Shown piece by piece: positions 10,612 to 20,663 of a DNA stretch of 64,000 nucleotides. Location: contig JACAVV010000006.1 of assembly GCA_024648695.1 (NCBI GenBank), forward strand, positions 164,458-228,457, written 5' to 3'. The first letter of the stretch is position 1; each line of letters begins with the position of its first letter. The DNA comes from Nitrospina sp. (GTDB taxonomy: Bacteria > Nitrospinota > Nitrospinia > Nitrospinales > JACRGP01). The notes below the pieces were generated by a model that did no database searches, was not told where the DNA came from, and saw only the letters and a program-made list of their open reading frames with translations. The position numbers were made by a program, and so were the translations under genes.

Positions 10612-11529
10612 TTAATTTTCAAATAATTCGGCATTAAGTTGAAAAAAATTTGAAACAGAAACATTAAAGTCATAAACCGTTTCAAAATAGCCCTTCAAGA
10701 CTCGAGTATAAATGATTAGCCCCTCAAACAAATCCTCGGGGTCTCCAATTCCAAAGTCATAATTGGCCAATTCGGTAACCAGCAGAGCCCGTGTTATTTT
10801 TCTGTTTTTCCTAGCAAGCTTCATTTTCCTTTTGGATTTTTGAATTTGTAAAAAGGCCTTTTCCAGCTCTAGCAAAGCTTTTCTATCCACCTTGCTTAAC
10901 AGGAACCCCGGATTCTTTTTACTTTTTGACAATATTGGAGTTTTATTTTTACTTTTGTTGTCCGTTTTCTTCCCAGTTATAGTTTCCTTCCCAAAACCAT
11001 TCACAAAATCCATCCAATTGAGGTAGGGAAACTTTTCTGGACTGAGTTTTTCTTCTTCAACTTTAAGAGGGTGATTTATATCGAGACCCAAAAGCAGGGC
11101 CAATTCCAGCTTTGCACTGGCAATATTATGCTCCAGGTCAATGATATCATTTTCAGTCCCTGCCAAACCAAGCTTCAGCTTGGTAATATTGGATTGAGAA
11201 ACATCGCCCTCCCCTTCATCAAAACTTTCTTCCGCTTTGGATATGGCTTTTTCGAAATGGCCTTTCACTTCTTTTGAAACGACCAACTGTTCTTTACTCG
11301 ATAAAATTAAATAATAGTTTCTCTCGACTTTGTATCTCAGTTGATGCCTGGTTCCATAATCCTTCGCATTCTCGTTTTTTAAAACCAAAGCTTTAGTAGT
11401 AGGTAAGCCAGAAATCACAAAAGGGTTGGGCTTTTCACTGGCCCAAACCTGGGGAGTATAAGGAATCCATAGCAAACCGAGGGAATAAATACATAAAAAC
11501 GAAACGATGAAAGTCTTAAAAAAGCGCAT
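10612..11529 (-). CDS. Exported TolC/OEP-like helical protein (short)
   Basis: Signal peptide from the ATG at 11529 (MRFFKTFIVSFLCIYSLGLLW...WASE); OEP-like segments AKLELALLLGL and ANYDFGIGDPEDL...VYDFNVSV; only ~305 aa. Confidence 0.6.
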   Translation of the reverse strand: MRFFKTFIVSFLCIYSLGLLWIPYTPQVWASEKPNPFVISGLPTTKALVLKNENAKDYGTRHQLRYKVERNYYLILSSKEQLVVSKEVKGHFEKAISKAEESFDEGEGDVSQSNITKLKLGLAGTENDIIDLEHNIASAKLELALLLGLDINHPLKVEEEKLSPEKFPYLNWMDFVNGFGKETITGKKTDNKSKNKTPILSKSKKNPGFLLSKVDRKALLELEKAFLQIQKSKRKMKLARKNRKITRALLVTELANYDFGIGDPEDLFEGLIIYTRVLKGYFETVYDFNVSVSNFFQLNAELFEN

Positions 11530-11597
11530 GGTAAACTTTGCCTGTGCGGGATGGAAAATGGTTGGGGAAGTAAGGAGGGATAAGTTCGATTCCAAAT

Positions 11598-11712
11598 AAA
11601 AAAGGGTACTGAACTATACTAAAGAGACCTTGATGGCAACCAAGTAAGATTAAAAATCTTCACGCCTCTATTAGATAGGGTCTACGACCTGAATTCAGTA
11701 CCCCTTAACGGC
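11598..11712 (-). ncRNA. Candidate structured RNA / attenuating leader (unassigned)
   Basis: 11 bp closing stem GGGUACUGAAU/GUUCAGUACCC enclosing several hairpins and followed by U6; sits just downstream of a promoter. Confidence 0.45.
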
Positions 11713-11716
11713 TTCG

Positions 11717-11745
11717 AATCTATCATATGGCCTATCTCCTGTCAA
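11717..11745 (-). promoter_or_regulatory. Putative sigma70 promoter driving the structured leader and TolC-like gene
   Basis: Minus strand TTGACA-17 nt-TAGATT. Confidence 0.6.
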
Positions 11746-11946
11746 TAAATTTTTGAGAAATCTAACGGAACTAAAACTCAATATAATTTTTAATTTACAA
11801 TAAAATCAACAAAATAATACATATTTTTAAATCTAATAGATAAAGAATCTACTACTAACTTATTATATTTAAACAAAAATTTTAATTACAAAAATTTCTT
11901 TACTGCTTCCGGGGCTGATTCCATAGTTCATTTAACCCTTTTAAAA

Positions 11947-12852
11947 TCAGATTCTTATCAACTCAATTACTTTAAATGGGACGGGAATGAAACTGACCGC
12001 AAAAATCAATATTGAAATGTAACCTAAAGCTTTATGCCGGGGTGAAAGGTCCAGTTCTTCATCATCCAAAGGAGGATGTTTGAACCCAAACAATGTGATC
12101 AAAAATGCCCAAAACCACCACCCGTACCAGAAGAACCCAAGAGGGAACAGGGCCAGAAAGAACACCTTGGCCAGAATAGAATGTTTATCCTTATACAATG
12201 AATAAATAATATGGCCTCCATCCAATTGGCCAATGGGTAAGAGGTTTAAAGCAGTGATTAAAAGTCCGATCCATCCGGCCATGGCCATGGGGTGGAACAA
12301 AATATCCACTTCGGTCGAAGAAGGGCTCACCCCCAAGGTCATTATGGAAAACAATTGGAGCAACAAGGAATTCCCAAAGGCGAGTCCCCCGACATTGGTG
12401 GGTAAAACAATATCAGATAGAGATAAACCAATAAATAAAACGGGAAGCGTAACAATGAACCCAGCGATGGGACCTGCCGACCCAATTTCCATCAGCACAC
12501 GCCGATCCGGGATGGGGTCCCGTATTTGGATAAAAGCTCCGAAGGTTCCAAAAAGGAGTGGCGGTGGAGCTGGAATGAAAAAGGGTAATGTCGCATTCAC
12601 CCCATTTTTTCTACTAGCATAATAATGGCCGAATTCATGGGACCCTAGAATCAAAAGCAGACTCAATGAAAACGAAAACCCGCCTGCAAAATATGTCGTG
12701 AACACGGTGGCCACCAAAAGCAGGCTGAAAACGATATAGGACTTTCGGGAATTCCCCCCTGGATTGGAGGCGTTGTCAATATAGTACTGGTGGCTATCCC
12801 GTTCACTTTCGGGAGATTCTAAATCAGGGTCACGATTATTCAAGGAATCCAT
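11947..12852 (-). CDS. Site-2 protease, peptidase M50 family
   Basis: HEFGH, AGPIAG and NLLPIGQLDGGH motifs; multiple TM helices. Confidence 0.93.
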   Translation of the reverse strand: MDSLNNRDPDLESPESERDSHQYYIDNASNPGGNSRKSYIVFSLLLVATVFTTYFAGGFSFSLSLLLILGSHEFGHYYASRKNGVNATLPFFIPAPPPLLFGTFGAFIQIRDPIPDRRVLMEIGSAGPIAGFIVTLPVLFIGLSLSDIVLPTNVGGLAFGNSLLLQLFSIMTLGVSPSSTEVDILFHPMAMAGWIGLLITALNLLPIGQLDGGHIIYSLYKDKHSILAKVFFLALFPLGFFWYGWWFWAFLITLFGFKHPPLDDEELDLSPRHKALGYISILIFAVSFIPVPFKVIELIRI

Positions 12853-12905
12853 AACATTGAGTTTGTAGCTAACAAAAAACGGGAATATTTTAGACTGAAA
12901 TAAAT

Positions 12906-14192
12906 TTAAGAAAGAGGCTTGTGCGAAAACTCTCTGGAGTTTTCACCGCTATAATCCTTCACCGCCTGACCATCCCCATACAAAAGGTACTTGTAAATCA
13001 CCAAGCCTTCGAGTCCCACAGGACCCCGCGCATGAGTTTTATTGGTGCTGATTCCAATTTCGGCCCCCAACCCATAACGAAACCCATCGGCAAACCGGGT
13101 CGATGCATTCCACATAACACTGGCGGAATCAATTTCCTTCATAAAGCGGTCAGCGCTCTCTTTATCTTCGGTGATGATAGTATCGGTATGGCCTGACCCA
13201 TAAGTATTGATATGATCAATGGCTTCATCCAGACTGGAAACAATTTTTATGGCTAACTTAAGGTCGTTGTATTCACTTTCCCATTCTACAGGATCCGCAG
13301 GCATTACTTCAGAAGATAGTTTACAAGTTTTCTCACAACCCACCAATTCCACATTATTTTCTTTTAACCCTCGAATGATAACAGGCAACAATTGTTCCGC
13401 CACATTTTCATGAATCAAAAGGGTCTCCAGGGCATTACAGGCGGCAGGGTATTGCAGTTTGGAATCTAGTACGATTCGGCAGGCTTTTTCTGGGTTAGCT
13501 GAAGAATCCACATAAGCATGGCAAACTCCCTCAGAATGACCGAGCACGGGAATTCGGGTATTATCCTGAATGTATTTCACAAAGGCATTGCTTCCTCTGG
13601 GGACAATCAGGTTGATGTATTTTTCCTGATTCAACATTTCAGCCACTTCCGCCCGGGTTTCGATCATTTGAATTGCAGAGGGTGGCGCTCCTTCGACTTC
13701 TGCTATGGCGTCTCTCAAAATACCGACAATAACCTTATTGGAATTTTGCGCTTCCGCCCCACCCTTCAAAATGACAGCATTTCCCGACTTAAAGCAAAGT
13801 GAAGAAATCTGTGGAACCGCGTCCGGACGCGATTCAAAAATTGCCCCTATGACACCTAAAGGACAAGATACTCGATAAACCACCAGGTTTTCATCCATTT
13901 CCATAGCGCTTTGCTTTTGGCCTATAGGGTCGGGCAATGCCACGACACTGCGAATCCCTTTCGCCATTCCAAAAACCTTATTTTCATTTAATGCCAGACG
14001 TGCCACTAAGGGACCCGGTATATTCTCTTTTTCAGCAAATTTAAGATCCAACTGGTTTGCTTTTAAAATGGACTCGGAATGAATTTCAAGGGCTGTTGCC
14101 ATTTTCAAAAGAACCTGATTTTTAACTTCAGTGTCCAATCGTGACAATTGCAAAGCTGATTTTTGAGCTGTTTTGGCTATTTCTTCAATCAT
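12906..14192 (-). CDS. proA: Gamma-glutamyl phosphate reductase
   Basis: PLGVIGAIFESRP, KSGNAVILKGG, CNALET, NASTRFADG, GAEIGISTNKTHARGPVGL. Confidence 0.97.
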   Translation of the reverse strand: MIEEIAKTAQKSALQLSRLDTEVKNQVLLKMATALEIHSESILKANQLDLKFAEKENIPGPLVARLALNENKVFGMAKGIRSVVALPDPIGQKQSAMEMDENLVVYRVSCPLGVIGAIFESRPDAVPQISSLCFKSGNAVILKGGAEAQNSNKVIVGILRDAIAEVEGAPPSAIQMIETRAEVAEMLNQEKYINLIVPRGSNAFVKYIQDNTRIPVLGHSEGVCHAYVDSSANPEKACRIVLDSKLQYPAACNALETLLIHENVAEQLLPVIIRGLKENNVELVGCEKTCKLSSEVMPADPVEWESEYNDLKLAIKIVSSLDEAIDHINTYGSGHTDTIITEDKESADRFMKEIDSASVMWNASTRFADGFRYGLGAEIGISTNKTHARGPVGLEGLVIYKYLLYGDGQAVKDYSGENSREFSHKPLS

Positions 14193-14230
14193 ATTTTTTA
14201 CCTTAAAACCAATAACTTACTTATAAAAAC

Positions 14231-16366
14231 CTATGGAAAATTATGAACCATGATTCGAACATTGAGGCCATCCTGCATCCAACCAATATTATCGTTTCCG
14301 GCGATTGTGGTGATAATTCCATCCGGATCAATTTTTCGAATACGGTTCTCATCCCGATCCGAAAAGTACAAATTCCCTTTAGAATCCATACTCATGCGGT
14401 AGGGGGTTTTGATTTGAGCATCCTTTGCAAATCCTCCATCTCCGGAATATCCTTGCTGGCCGGTTCCTGCAAACAGTGAAATGATGCCACTTTTATCAAT
14501 TTTTCTTATGATGTGAGCGGACTCCTCCGCAATCAACAAGTCGCCGCCATTGGTGAAAGTCAACCCACCAGGCGACCGGATACCAGCAGATTTGGCCGGT
14601 CCCCCATCACCAAAATCCTTGAATTCTCCCGTCCCGGCCACCAAACTAACCTTTCCGTCCTTACTGATTTTTCTTATGACACTGCTCCCGGAGTCCGACA
14701 CAAAAAGATTGCCCTCGGAATCCAGCGCCAGGCCCTTGGGATGAATTTCACCAAAGAGCTTTCCCCAGGATGCCTCCGCCACCTTATTGATGATCCCATT
14801 TTTGTCAATTTTGCGCACAAAAGGATTACTTTGATCCGCAATATACATTTCACCCTGAGGACCCATCAGAATGTCGCTGATCGCATAAAACTCTGCGGAC
14901 TTAGCAGGCCCCCCATCTCCTTTAACACCCACCCTTCCGTTACCTGCGAACAGGGAAATGATACCATTGGAATCAATTTTCCTGATACCCCAGCCGCTTC
15001 CCACGCGGGCGGCAAAATAAATATTATCCTCTGGATCTATAGTAAGAGCGGAAGGTAATTTCAACGCCGCATCGACCGCCAGTCCGCCATTGCCTTCACT
15101 GCCTTCAAATCCGTTACCTGCGATAGTTGTTATGTAACCCTCAGGGTCTACCTGACGAATCCGGTGGTGTTGTTTATCGCAGAAAACAACGTTTCCATGA
15201 CTGTCCACAACGAGGCCCGACGGCGAGTCCAGGTTAGCCCCCCGACCCGGCCCACCATCTCCCTTGAAGAACGATTTTCCATTGCCAGCCAAGGTACTTA
15301 CGGTATGATTCTTCATGTTAAACTTTCGCACTCTGAAATGAGAACGGTCCACGACCAGAAGGTTTCCTTTTCCATCCAGAGCGATGGCAAAAGGCAAGTG
15401 CAGGTTGGTTTCGGAACCGATTTCATTATCTCCATTATAATCGGCCTTTCCGGTTCCCATTACAGTCGTAATAATTCCCAGGTTATCTACTTTACGAACG
15501 CGATTGTTATTGCGGTCGGCTATGAAGACATTTCCTGTTGGATCGACAACCACATCGGTTGGATAAGCAAGACTGGATTGGTTCGAAGGTCCATAATCAC
15601 CACTGAAGGAATGCAGACTGTCCCCGGCCAGGGTTGTGATAATCCCTCGGGAGTCAATTTTTCGAATCCGGTTATTGCCCCGGTCGGCGATATAAAGATC
15701 GCCCTCGTTGCCCAAGGCAATTCCAAAAGGATATTTAAGAAAGGCATCCAACGCCGGGCCAAAGTCGCCCCCATACCCAGGCAAACCCAGCCCGGCAATG
15801 GTGGATATGATACCTTCAGGGTCAACTTTACGTATTCGGTTGTTGGACCGGTCAGATATGAACAGGTTTCCATCTGGATCCACTGCCACATCCGATGGAT
15901 AGTTTAAATGCGCTTCTAAAGCAGGCCCGTCATCCCCACCCATATCGGGAGTTCCGGTTCCTGCAACCGTGGAAATGATCCCCCTGGAATCAATCTTTCT
16001 GACCCGATGATTGTTCCTGTCTGCAATATACAGATCTCCTTTTGAATCGAAAGCCAGTCCCGCCGGAAAATTGAGGGCCGCTTCCCTTGCCGGTCCTCCG
16101 TCACCACTGAAACCTGCATCGCCATTTCCTGCATAGGTCGTGATGATTCCCTTTTCATCAATTTTCCGAATCCTGTTTTTTGAGCGATGGGAGATGAATA
16201 TCTCACCATTGGAATTAACCGCGATACCATCTACTAATGTCAGGACCACAGAAGTTGCTTTCTGATAATCTCCCAGGTATTTTTCAGCCCCGAAGAGGTT
16301 TGCTGGTATAATAAATGAAAGGAAAATTATTAAAAGCGGTATGGTTTTATGAATAAGACTGGTCAT
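14231..16366 (-). CDS. Secreted NHL-repeat (teneurin-like) beta-propeller protein
   Basis: Signal peptide, then about 12 repeats of ~56 aa (GDGGPA..A.L..P.G...D..G.LYIAD..N.RIRKID..GII.T.AG.G). Confidence 0.92.
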   Translation of the reverse strand: MTSLIHKTIPLLIIFLSFIIPANLFGAEKYLGDYQKATSVVLTLVDGIAVNSNGEIFISHRSKNRIRKIDEKGIITTYAGNGDAGFSGDGGPAREAALNFPAGLAFDSKGDLYIADRNNHRVRKIDSRGIISTVAGTGTPDMGGDDGPALEAHLNYPSDVAVDPDGNLFISDRSNNRIRKVDPEGIISTIAGLGLPGYGGDFGPALDAFLKYPFGIALGNEGDLYIADRGNNRIRKIDSRGIITTLAGDSLHSFSGDYGPSNQSSLAYPTDVVVDPTGNVFIADRNNNRVRKVDNLGIITTVMGTGKADYNGDNEIGSETNLHLPFAIALDGKGNLLVVDRSHFRVRKFNMKNHTVSTLAGNGKSFFKGDGGPGRGANLDSPSGLVVDSHGNVVFCDKQHHRIRQVDPEGYITTIAGNGFEGSEGNGGLAVDAALKLPSALTIDPEDNIYFAARVGSGWGIRKIDSNGIISLFAGNGRVGVKGDGGPAKSAEFYAISDILMGPQGEMYIADQSNPFVRKIDKNGIINKVAEASWGKLFGEIHPKGLALDSEGNLFVSDSGSSVIRKISKDGKVSLVAGTGEFKDFGDGGPAKSAGIRSPGGLTFTNGGDLLIAEESAHIIRKIDKSGIISLFAGTGQQGYSGDGGFAKDAQIKTPYRMSMDSKGNLYFSDRDENRIRKIDPDGIITTIAGNDNIGWMQDGLNVRIMVHNFP

Positions 16367-16450
16367 TCAGAAATTAACGAAAAATAGAGGTTGAGATAAC
16401 AGAATGGGTTCATTGGCAAAACTCAAGTTTTCTAAGGAAGCTCAATTAAA

Positions 16451-17281
16451 CTAACGAATCACGATTTGAACAGCCCCGTCTTTATTGTATTTGAAAACCG
16501 CCTTCATGGTTTCTTTTCCCAGCTGATTTTTCACAAGGTCCAGGAGTTTCAGATTTGGAAAGCTATTAGATTTTATCAATGCCACAGCACCGGTATCGGT
16601 CAATCCGTTTTGCCCCAGGTAAAAATTGATCAATTTTGGGAAATGTGTGGATTTTGCCAGGGAAACAGCACCTTCATCGCGAATTTCATTTCTGAACAGG
16701 CTCAAAGTTTCCAATTCCGGAAAATTTTTGGATTGTGCAATCTGCTCCGCACCTAAAGGGGTGATCAGGTTATCGTTCAGCAATAGCGTCTTTAAATGTA
16801 AAAAATGGTCCGACTCCACCATCAGGCCGACGCCATCATCACCCACTTCGTTTTTCCAGAGTTTCAACGATTCCAGGTTTTTTATATAAGGAGACTCCAC
16901 AAGCGCCAGCACCCCTTCATCACCCAGAAAATTTCCCCACAGATCCAAATGTTTTAAATTGGATAAATGTTTTGACTTGGCCAGTGCTTTCATTCCGGCG
17001 TATTTGATCCTGTTTCCCTGCAATAAAAGCATCGTGACATTTTTCAACTCTTTCATCTTTGCTAGTTTCCTGGCTCCTGCAGTTCCTATTTTGAGGCCGG
17101 ATAAATCCAAAGTGTCGCCATTTTCGCTTAATCTTTCCATTATGGTGGCCTTGAAATCCTTAGCCTCCACATTATGTATTGGGCTAATAAGAAATATTAA
17201 AACTGCGATCCAATATAGGGCTTTCAACGGATAGTTTGTCGAGGATGTCATAGGTTCCGGATGGTAAAGGTTATTTCCCAT
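16451..17281 (-). CDS. Exported RI-like leucine-rich-repeat protein (Lys-rich)
   Basis: Signal-like hydrophobic stretch; 28-aa repeats L..L..L.L..N.I.D.G...LA.S; start may be 17251. Confidence 0.85.
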   Translation of the reverse strand: MGNNLYHPEPMTSSTNYPLKALYWIAVLIFLISPIHNVEAKDFKATIMERLSENGDTLDLSGLKIGTAGARKLAKMKELKNVTMLLLQGNRIKYAGMKALAKSKHLSNLKHLDLWGNFLGDEGVLALVESPYIKNLESLKLWKNEVGDDGVGLMVESDHFLHLKTLLLNDNLITPLGAEQIAQSKNFPELETLSLFRNEIRDEGAVSLAKSTHFPKLINFYLGQNGLTDTGAVALIKSNSFPNLKLLDLVKNQLGKETMKAVFKYNKDGAVQIVIR

Positions 17282-17981
17282 ATGAGTAATAGGTTATCAG
17301 ATATTTGATAAGGGTCCATATTATTTTTGAACCAGCTTTCAGCGTACCGGAAACGGTGCCGGTGATTTTAGAGACGCCTACTCTCTTCCTGTAATGAACC
17401 GGAATTTCCAAAGTTCTTAATTTATGCTTGATCGCCTTGATCTGCATTTCAACTGTCCAACCGAAATTTGTGTCCTCCATTTGCAAGGTCTTCAACGATG
17501 AGTACCGGATAGCGCGGAACGGACCAAGATCGGTATAGCGGCCCCGAAAAAACATTCGCATCATTGAAACGGCAAGAACGTTTCCGTACCGGGCCTGGGG
17601 GAGCAAAGCATCCCGGCTTTCAGGCAGGATCATCCTGCTCCCCAGCACAAAATCCTTTATCCCCTCTTCGATGGGCGCAATCAATTGGATGAGTTCTTCA
17701 GGATAATCGCTGTAATCTCCGTCAATAAAAACCACAATTTCTGGGTTGTCCAGAACGCTCATTCCTTTCAGACAAGCGCTTCCGTAACCTTTGCGGTCTT
17801 CAGTGACAACTTTAGCACCGTTTTCCTGAGCGACTTCAGCAGTACGGTCGGTGGATCCGTTGTTTACAACAATGATTTCGTGGATTAATTTCCGGGGCAG
17901 GTCGTTCAGTACAAGAGGAAGCGAAGATTCCTCATTAAATGCGGGGATGATGACAGATATTCTGCTGGACATGGGGTCCAA
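17271..17981 (-). CDS. Glycosyltransferase family 2 (DPM1-like)
   Basis: SVIIPAFNEE, VNNGSTD, GYGSAC, FIDGDYSD, TDLGPFRAI. Confidence 0.92.
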   Translation of the reverse strand: MDPMSSRISVIIPAFNEESSLPLVLNDLPRKLIHEIIVVNNGSTDRTAEVAQENGAKVVTEDRKGYGSACLKGMSVLDNPEIVVFIDGDYSDYPEELIQLIAPIEEGIKDFVLGSRMILPESRDALLPQARYGNVLAVSMMRMFFRGRYTDLGPFRAIRYSSLKTLQMEDTNFGWTVEMQIKAIKHKLRTLEIPVHYRKRVGVSKITGTVSGTLKAGSKIIWTLIKYLITYYSYGK

Positions 17982-17997
17982 TTGCCCTTGCGGGGTG

Positions 17998-18798
17998 TCA
18001 GGATTTCAAGGTTTGGTGAATGCTGGAAATAAACTCTGCCACCTTTTGGTCCCGTATTTCGGGGTTGCCACTATGCTCTTCTATCAGTTTGACGATGGCG
18101 CTACCGATGATAACTCCATCCGAAATTCCAGAAGCTTGCCGGGCCTGTTCGGGACCCGATATGCCGAATCCCACCAAAACAGGCCGTTCGCTTGCTTTAC
18201 GAATCTCCAGCAATTTGGTCTCGATACCGGGTGGCAATTGACTTCGTACACCGGTGGTCCCGGTGAGGGAGACGTAATATATAAACCCCCGACTCCTTTG
18301 AGCGACCATTTCGACCCGATCAGGAGTGCTGGTCGGGGCCAATAAGAAAATCATATCCAGACCTTTGCTATTGGCATAGTCTTCCAACTCTTTAGATTCT
18401 TCCGGTGGCAAGTCGGGCACGATGATTCCATCGACTCCTGCCGACACGGCATCGTCTACAAATTGGCGGAATCCGTAAACGTGAATCGGGTTGAAACTGG
18501 ACATCAACACTATAGGCAATTCTGAGTCCTTGCGAATTTCCGAAACCAAATTCACTATTTTCTTCAGGGTCGTCCCGTTTTTCAGGGACCGTTGCGACGA
18601 CTTTTGTATTACGGGACCATCAGCCAAAGGGTCAGAAAAGGGCACGCCTAACTCTACAATGTCAGCGCCATTTTTCTCTATGACGGAAAATAACTGGCGC
18701 GTGGACTCCAGGTCGGGGTCCCCCGCAGTGATAAAAGCGACCAAAGCTTTTTGATTATTTGACCTTAAGGTATTAAACCGTTCTTCGATTCGACTCAC
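17998..18798 (-). CDS. trpA: Tryptophan synthase alpha chain
   Basis: [36 protein letters not shown]. Confidence 0.98.
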   Translation of the reverse strand: MSRIEERFNTLRSNNQKALVAFITAGDPDLESTRQLFSVIEKNGADIVELGVPFSDPLADGPVIQKSSQRSLKNGTTLKKIVNLVSEIRKDSELPIVLMSSFNPIHVYGFRQFVDDAVSAGVDGIIVPDLPPEESKELEDYANSKGLDMIFLLAPTSTPDRVEMVAQRSRGFIYYVSLTGTTGVRSQLPPGIETKLLEIRKASERPVLVGFGISGPEQARQASGISDGVIIGSAIVKLIEEHSGNPEIRDQKVAEFISSIHQTLKS

Positions 18799-19994
18799 AA
18801 TTGAATTCCCATTCTCTCAGCAATTTGGGTGACGTCTTTATCTCCACGTCCAGAAAGGCAGACTACAATGATTTTATCTTTACTCAATTTCGGCGCAAGT
18901 TTCGCTACATGGGCGATGGCGTGCGATGACTCTAACGCGGGGATAATTCCCTCGGTTTTGGACAATAACTGAAAACCTTCCAGAGCTTCATCATCGGTGA
19001 TGGTTTCGTACTGGATTCTACCGGTATCCTTGTAATAACTGTGCTCGCATCCTACACCCGGATAGTCCAGGCCCGCAGAAATAGAATGCGCCTCTTGCAC
19101 CTGGCCATCATCGTCATATAACAGATAACTCATCATGCCATGCAAAACCCCATTATTGCCATGCGATAAAGAAGCCCCGTGCTTGCCGGTCTCGATTCCC
19201 AGTCCAGCGGCCTCCACACCGATTAATCCAACATCCTTATGATCGATAAAGGGGTAAAACAGACCCATTGAATTGCTTCCGCCCCCAACACAGGCAACGC
19301 ACAAATCCGGAAGCCTCTGCTCGGTCTCCTGAATTTGCTCAATCGTCTCCTCACCAATAATTTTCTGAAAGTCACGGACGATCATTGGATAAGGATGCGG
19401 ACCCACTACAGACCCAATAATGTAATGCGTGGTTTCCACGGTTGTGATCCAGTTGCGGATAGCTTCGCTTGTTGCATCTTTTAGAGTACGCGTACCCGAA
19501 GAAACAGGGATGACCTTTGCACCAAGCAACTGCATTCGAAAAACATTCAACGCCTGCCGCTTGATATCTTCTTCCCCCATGAACACATCGCATTCCAGAC
19601 CAAACAAAGCCGCCGCCGTTGCCGTGGCCACACCGTGCTGGCCCGCTCCGGTTTCGGCAATCACCCGCTTCTTTCCCATTCTCAGGGTGAGGAGCGCACT
19701 TCCAATGGTATTGTTGATTTTATGAGCGCCGGTATGGTTCAAGTCTTCACGCTTGAGATAAACCTTCGCACCTCCAAGCTCTTTGGTCAGGTTTTCAGCA
19801 AAATATAATGAAGAAGGCCTTCCTACATATTGCTTAAGGTAATACTTTAAATCTTTCTGGAATTGAGGATCGGTTTGAGCTTCCTTGTAAAGGGCTTCCA
19901 GTTCCTTTAACGCGGGCATCAGGGTTTCAATAACGTATTTTCCGCCATACATCCCAAAGTGCCCCTTGGCATTTGGCAATTCCGCCGCTTTCAT
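18795..19994 (-). CDS. trpB: Tryptophan synthase beta chain
   Basis: [16 protein letters not shown] (PLP Lys), [29 protein letters not shown]. Confidence 0.99.
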   Translation of the reverse strand: MKAAELPNAKGHFGMYGGKYVIETLMPALKELEALYKEAQTDPQFQKDLKYYLKQYVGRPSSLYFAENLTKELGGAKVYLKREDLNHTGAHKINNTIGSALLTLRMGKKRVIAETGAGQHGVATATAAALFGLECDVFMGEEDIKRQALNVFRMQLLGAKVIPVSSGTRTLKDATSEAIRNWITTVETTHYIIGSVVGPHPYPMIVRDFQKIIGEETIEQIQETEQRLPDLCVACVGGGSNSMGLFYPFIDHKDVGLIGVEAAGLGIETGKHGASLSHGNNGVLHGMMSYLLYDDDGQVQEAHSISAGLDYPGVGCEHSYYKDTGRIQYETITDDEALEGFQLLSKTEGIIPALESSHAIAHVAKLAPKLSKDKIIVVCLSGRGDKDVTQIAERMGIQL

Positions 19995-20036
19995 AAATCG
20001 CTTCCTAATTTTATTTTTAAGTACATTAACCTGGTT

Positions 20037-20663
20037 TTAATCACTATGAACTGCTTTTAAAAAGGACATTACTTTTTTAAAATCCTTACGCCCAGGAGAT
20101 TTTTCCACTCCAGAGGACACATCAACTCCGTATGGACGCGCTTGCCTTATGCCCTCCCGGACATTCTCCGAGTTTAACCCACCTGCTAAAATTACAGGTC
20201 CTAAGCCCTTTGCTTTTTTGACCAATTTCCAGTCACAAGTTTCACCGGTCCCACCTCTTCCTTTTTCAGAATAAGCGTCTAGCAGGAATCCCCGAACGCC
20301 CGAGTATTTATCCAGACCTTCAAGGGACCTGGCATCTTTTAAACGAATCGCCTTGACAATCTTCCGAGTGATCTTTTTGCAATAAGCCGGAGACTCCTCA
20401 CCATGCAGTTGAACGACATCTAACCGACACCGTTCCGCGATGGCATTGACCTTGTCCACCTCTTCATTCACAAACACGCCTACAGACTCAACAAACGGTG
20501 GCAGTTGGGAAACAATCTCCTTAACCGTTTTTTGCGATACCCAACGGGGACTTTTTCTAAAAAAAATGAATCCCAGAGCATCGGCACCTGCTTCGATGGC
20601 CAATTGGGCGTCTTTTAAATTCGTGATGCCACAAATTTTAACCTTAACCCGAAGAGGGCTCAT
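20037..20663 (-). CDS. trpF: Phosphoribosylanthranilate isomerase
   Basis: VKICGIT, QLHGEES, ILAGGL, VDVSSGVE. Confidence 0.97.
   Translation of the reverse strand: MSPLRVKVKICGITNLKDAQLAIEAGADALGFIFFRKSPRWVSQKTVKEIVSQLPPFVESVGVFVNEEVDKVNAIAERCRLDVVQLHGEESPAYCKKITRKIVKAIRLKDARSLEGLDKYSGVRGFLLDAYSEKGRGGTGETCDWKLVKKAKGLGPVILAGGLNSENVREGIRQARPYGVDVSSGVEKSPGRKDFKKVMSFLKAVHSD

Noticed and set aside
11598-11712. SRP RNA, 6S RNA or tRNA-Sec
   Set aside because: It lacks the SRP GNRA/AGCAG domain IV, is too short for 6S, and has no T-loop or CCA end.
14231-16366. Periodic nucleotide similarity suggesting an array
   Set aside because: Explained by degenerate NHL protein repeats; there are no identical repeats with unique spacers, so it is not CRISPR.
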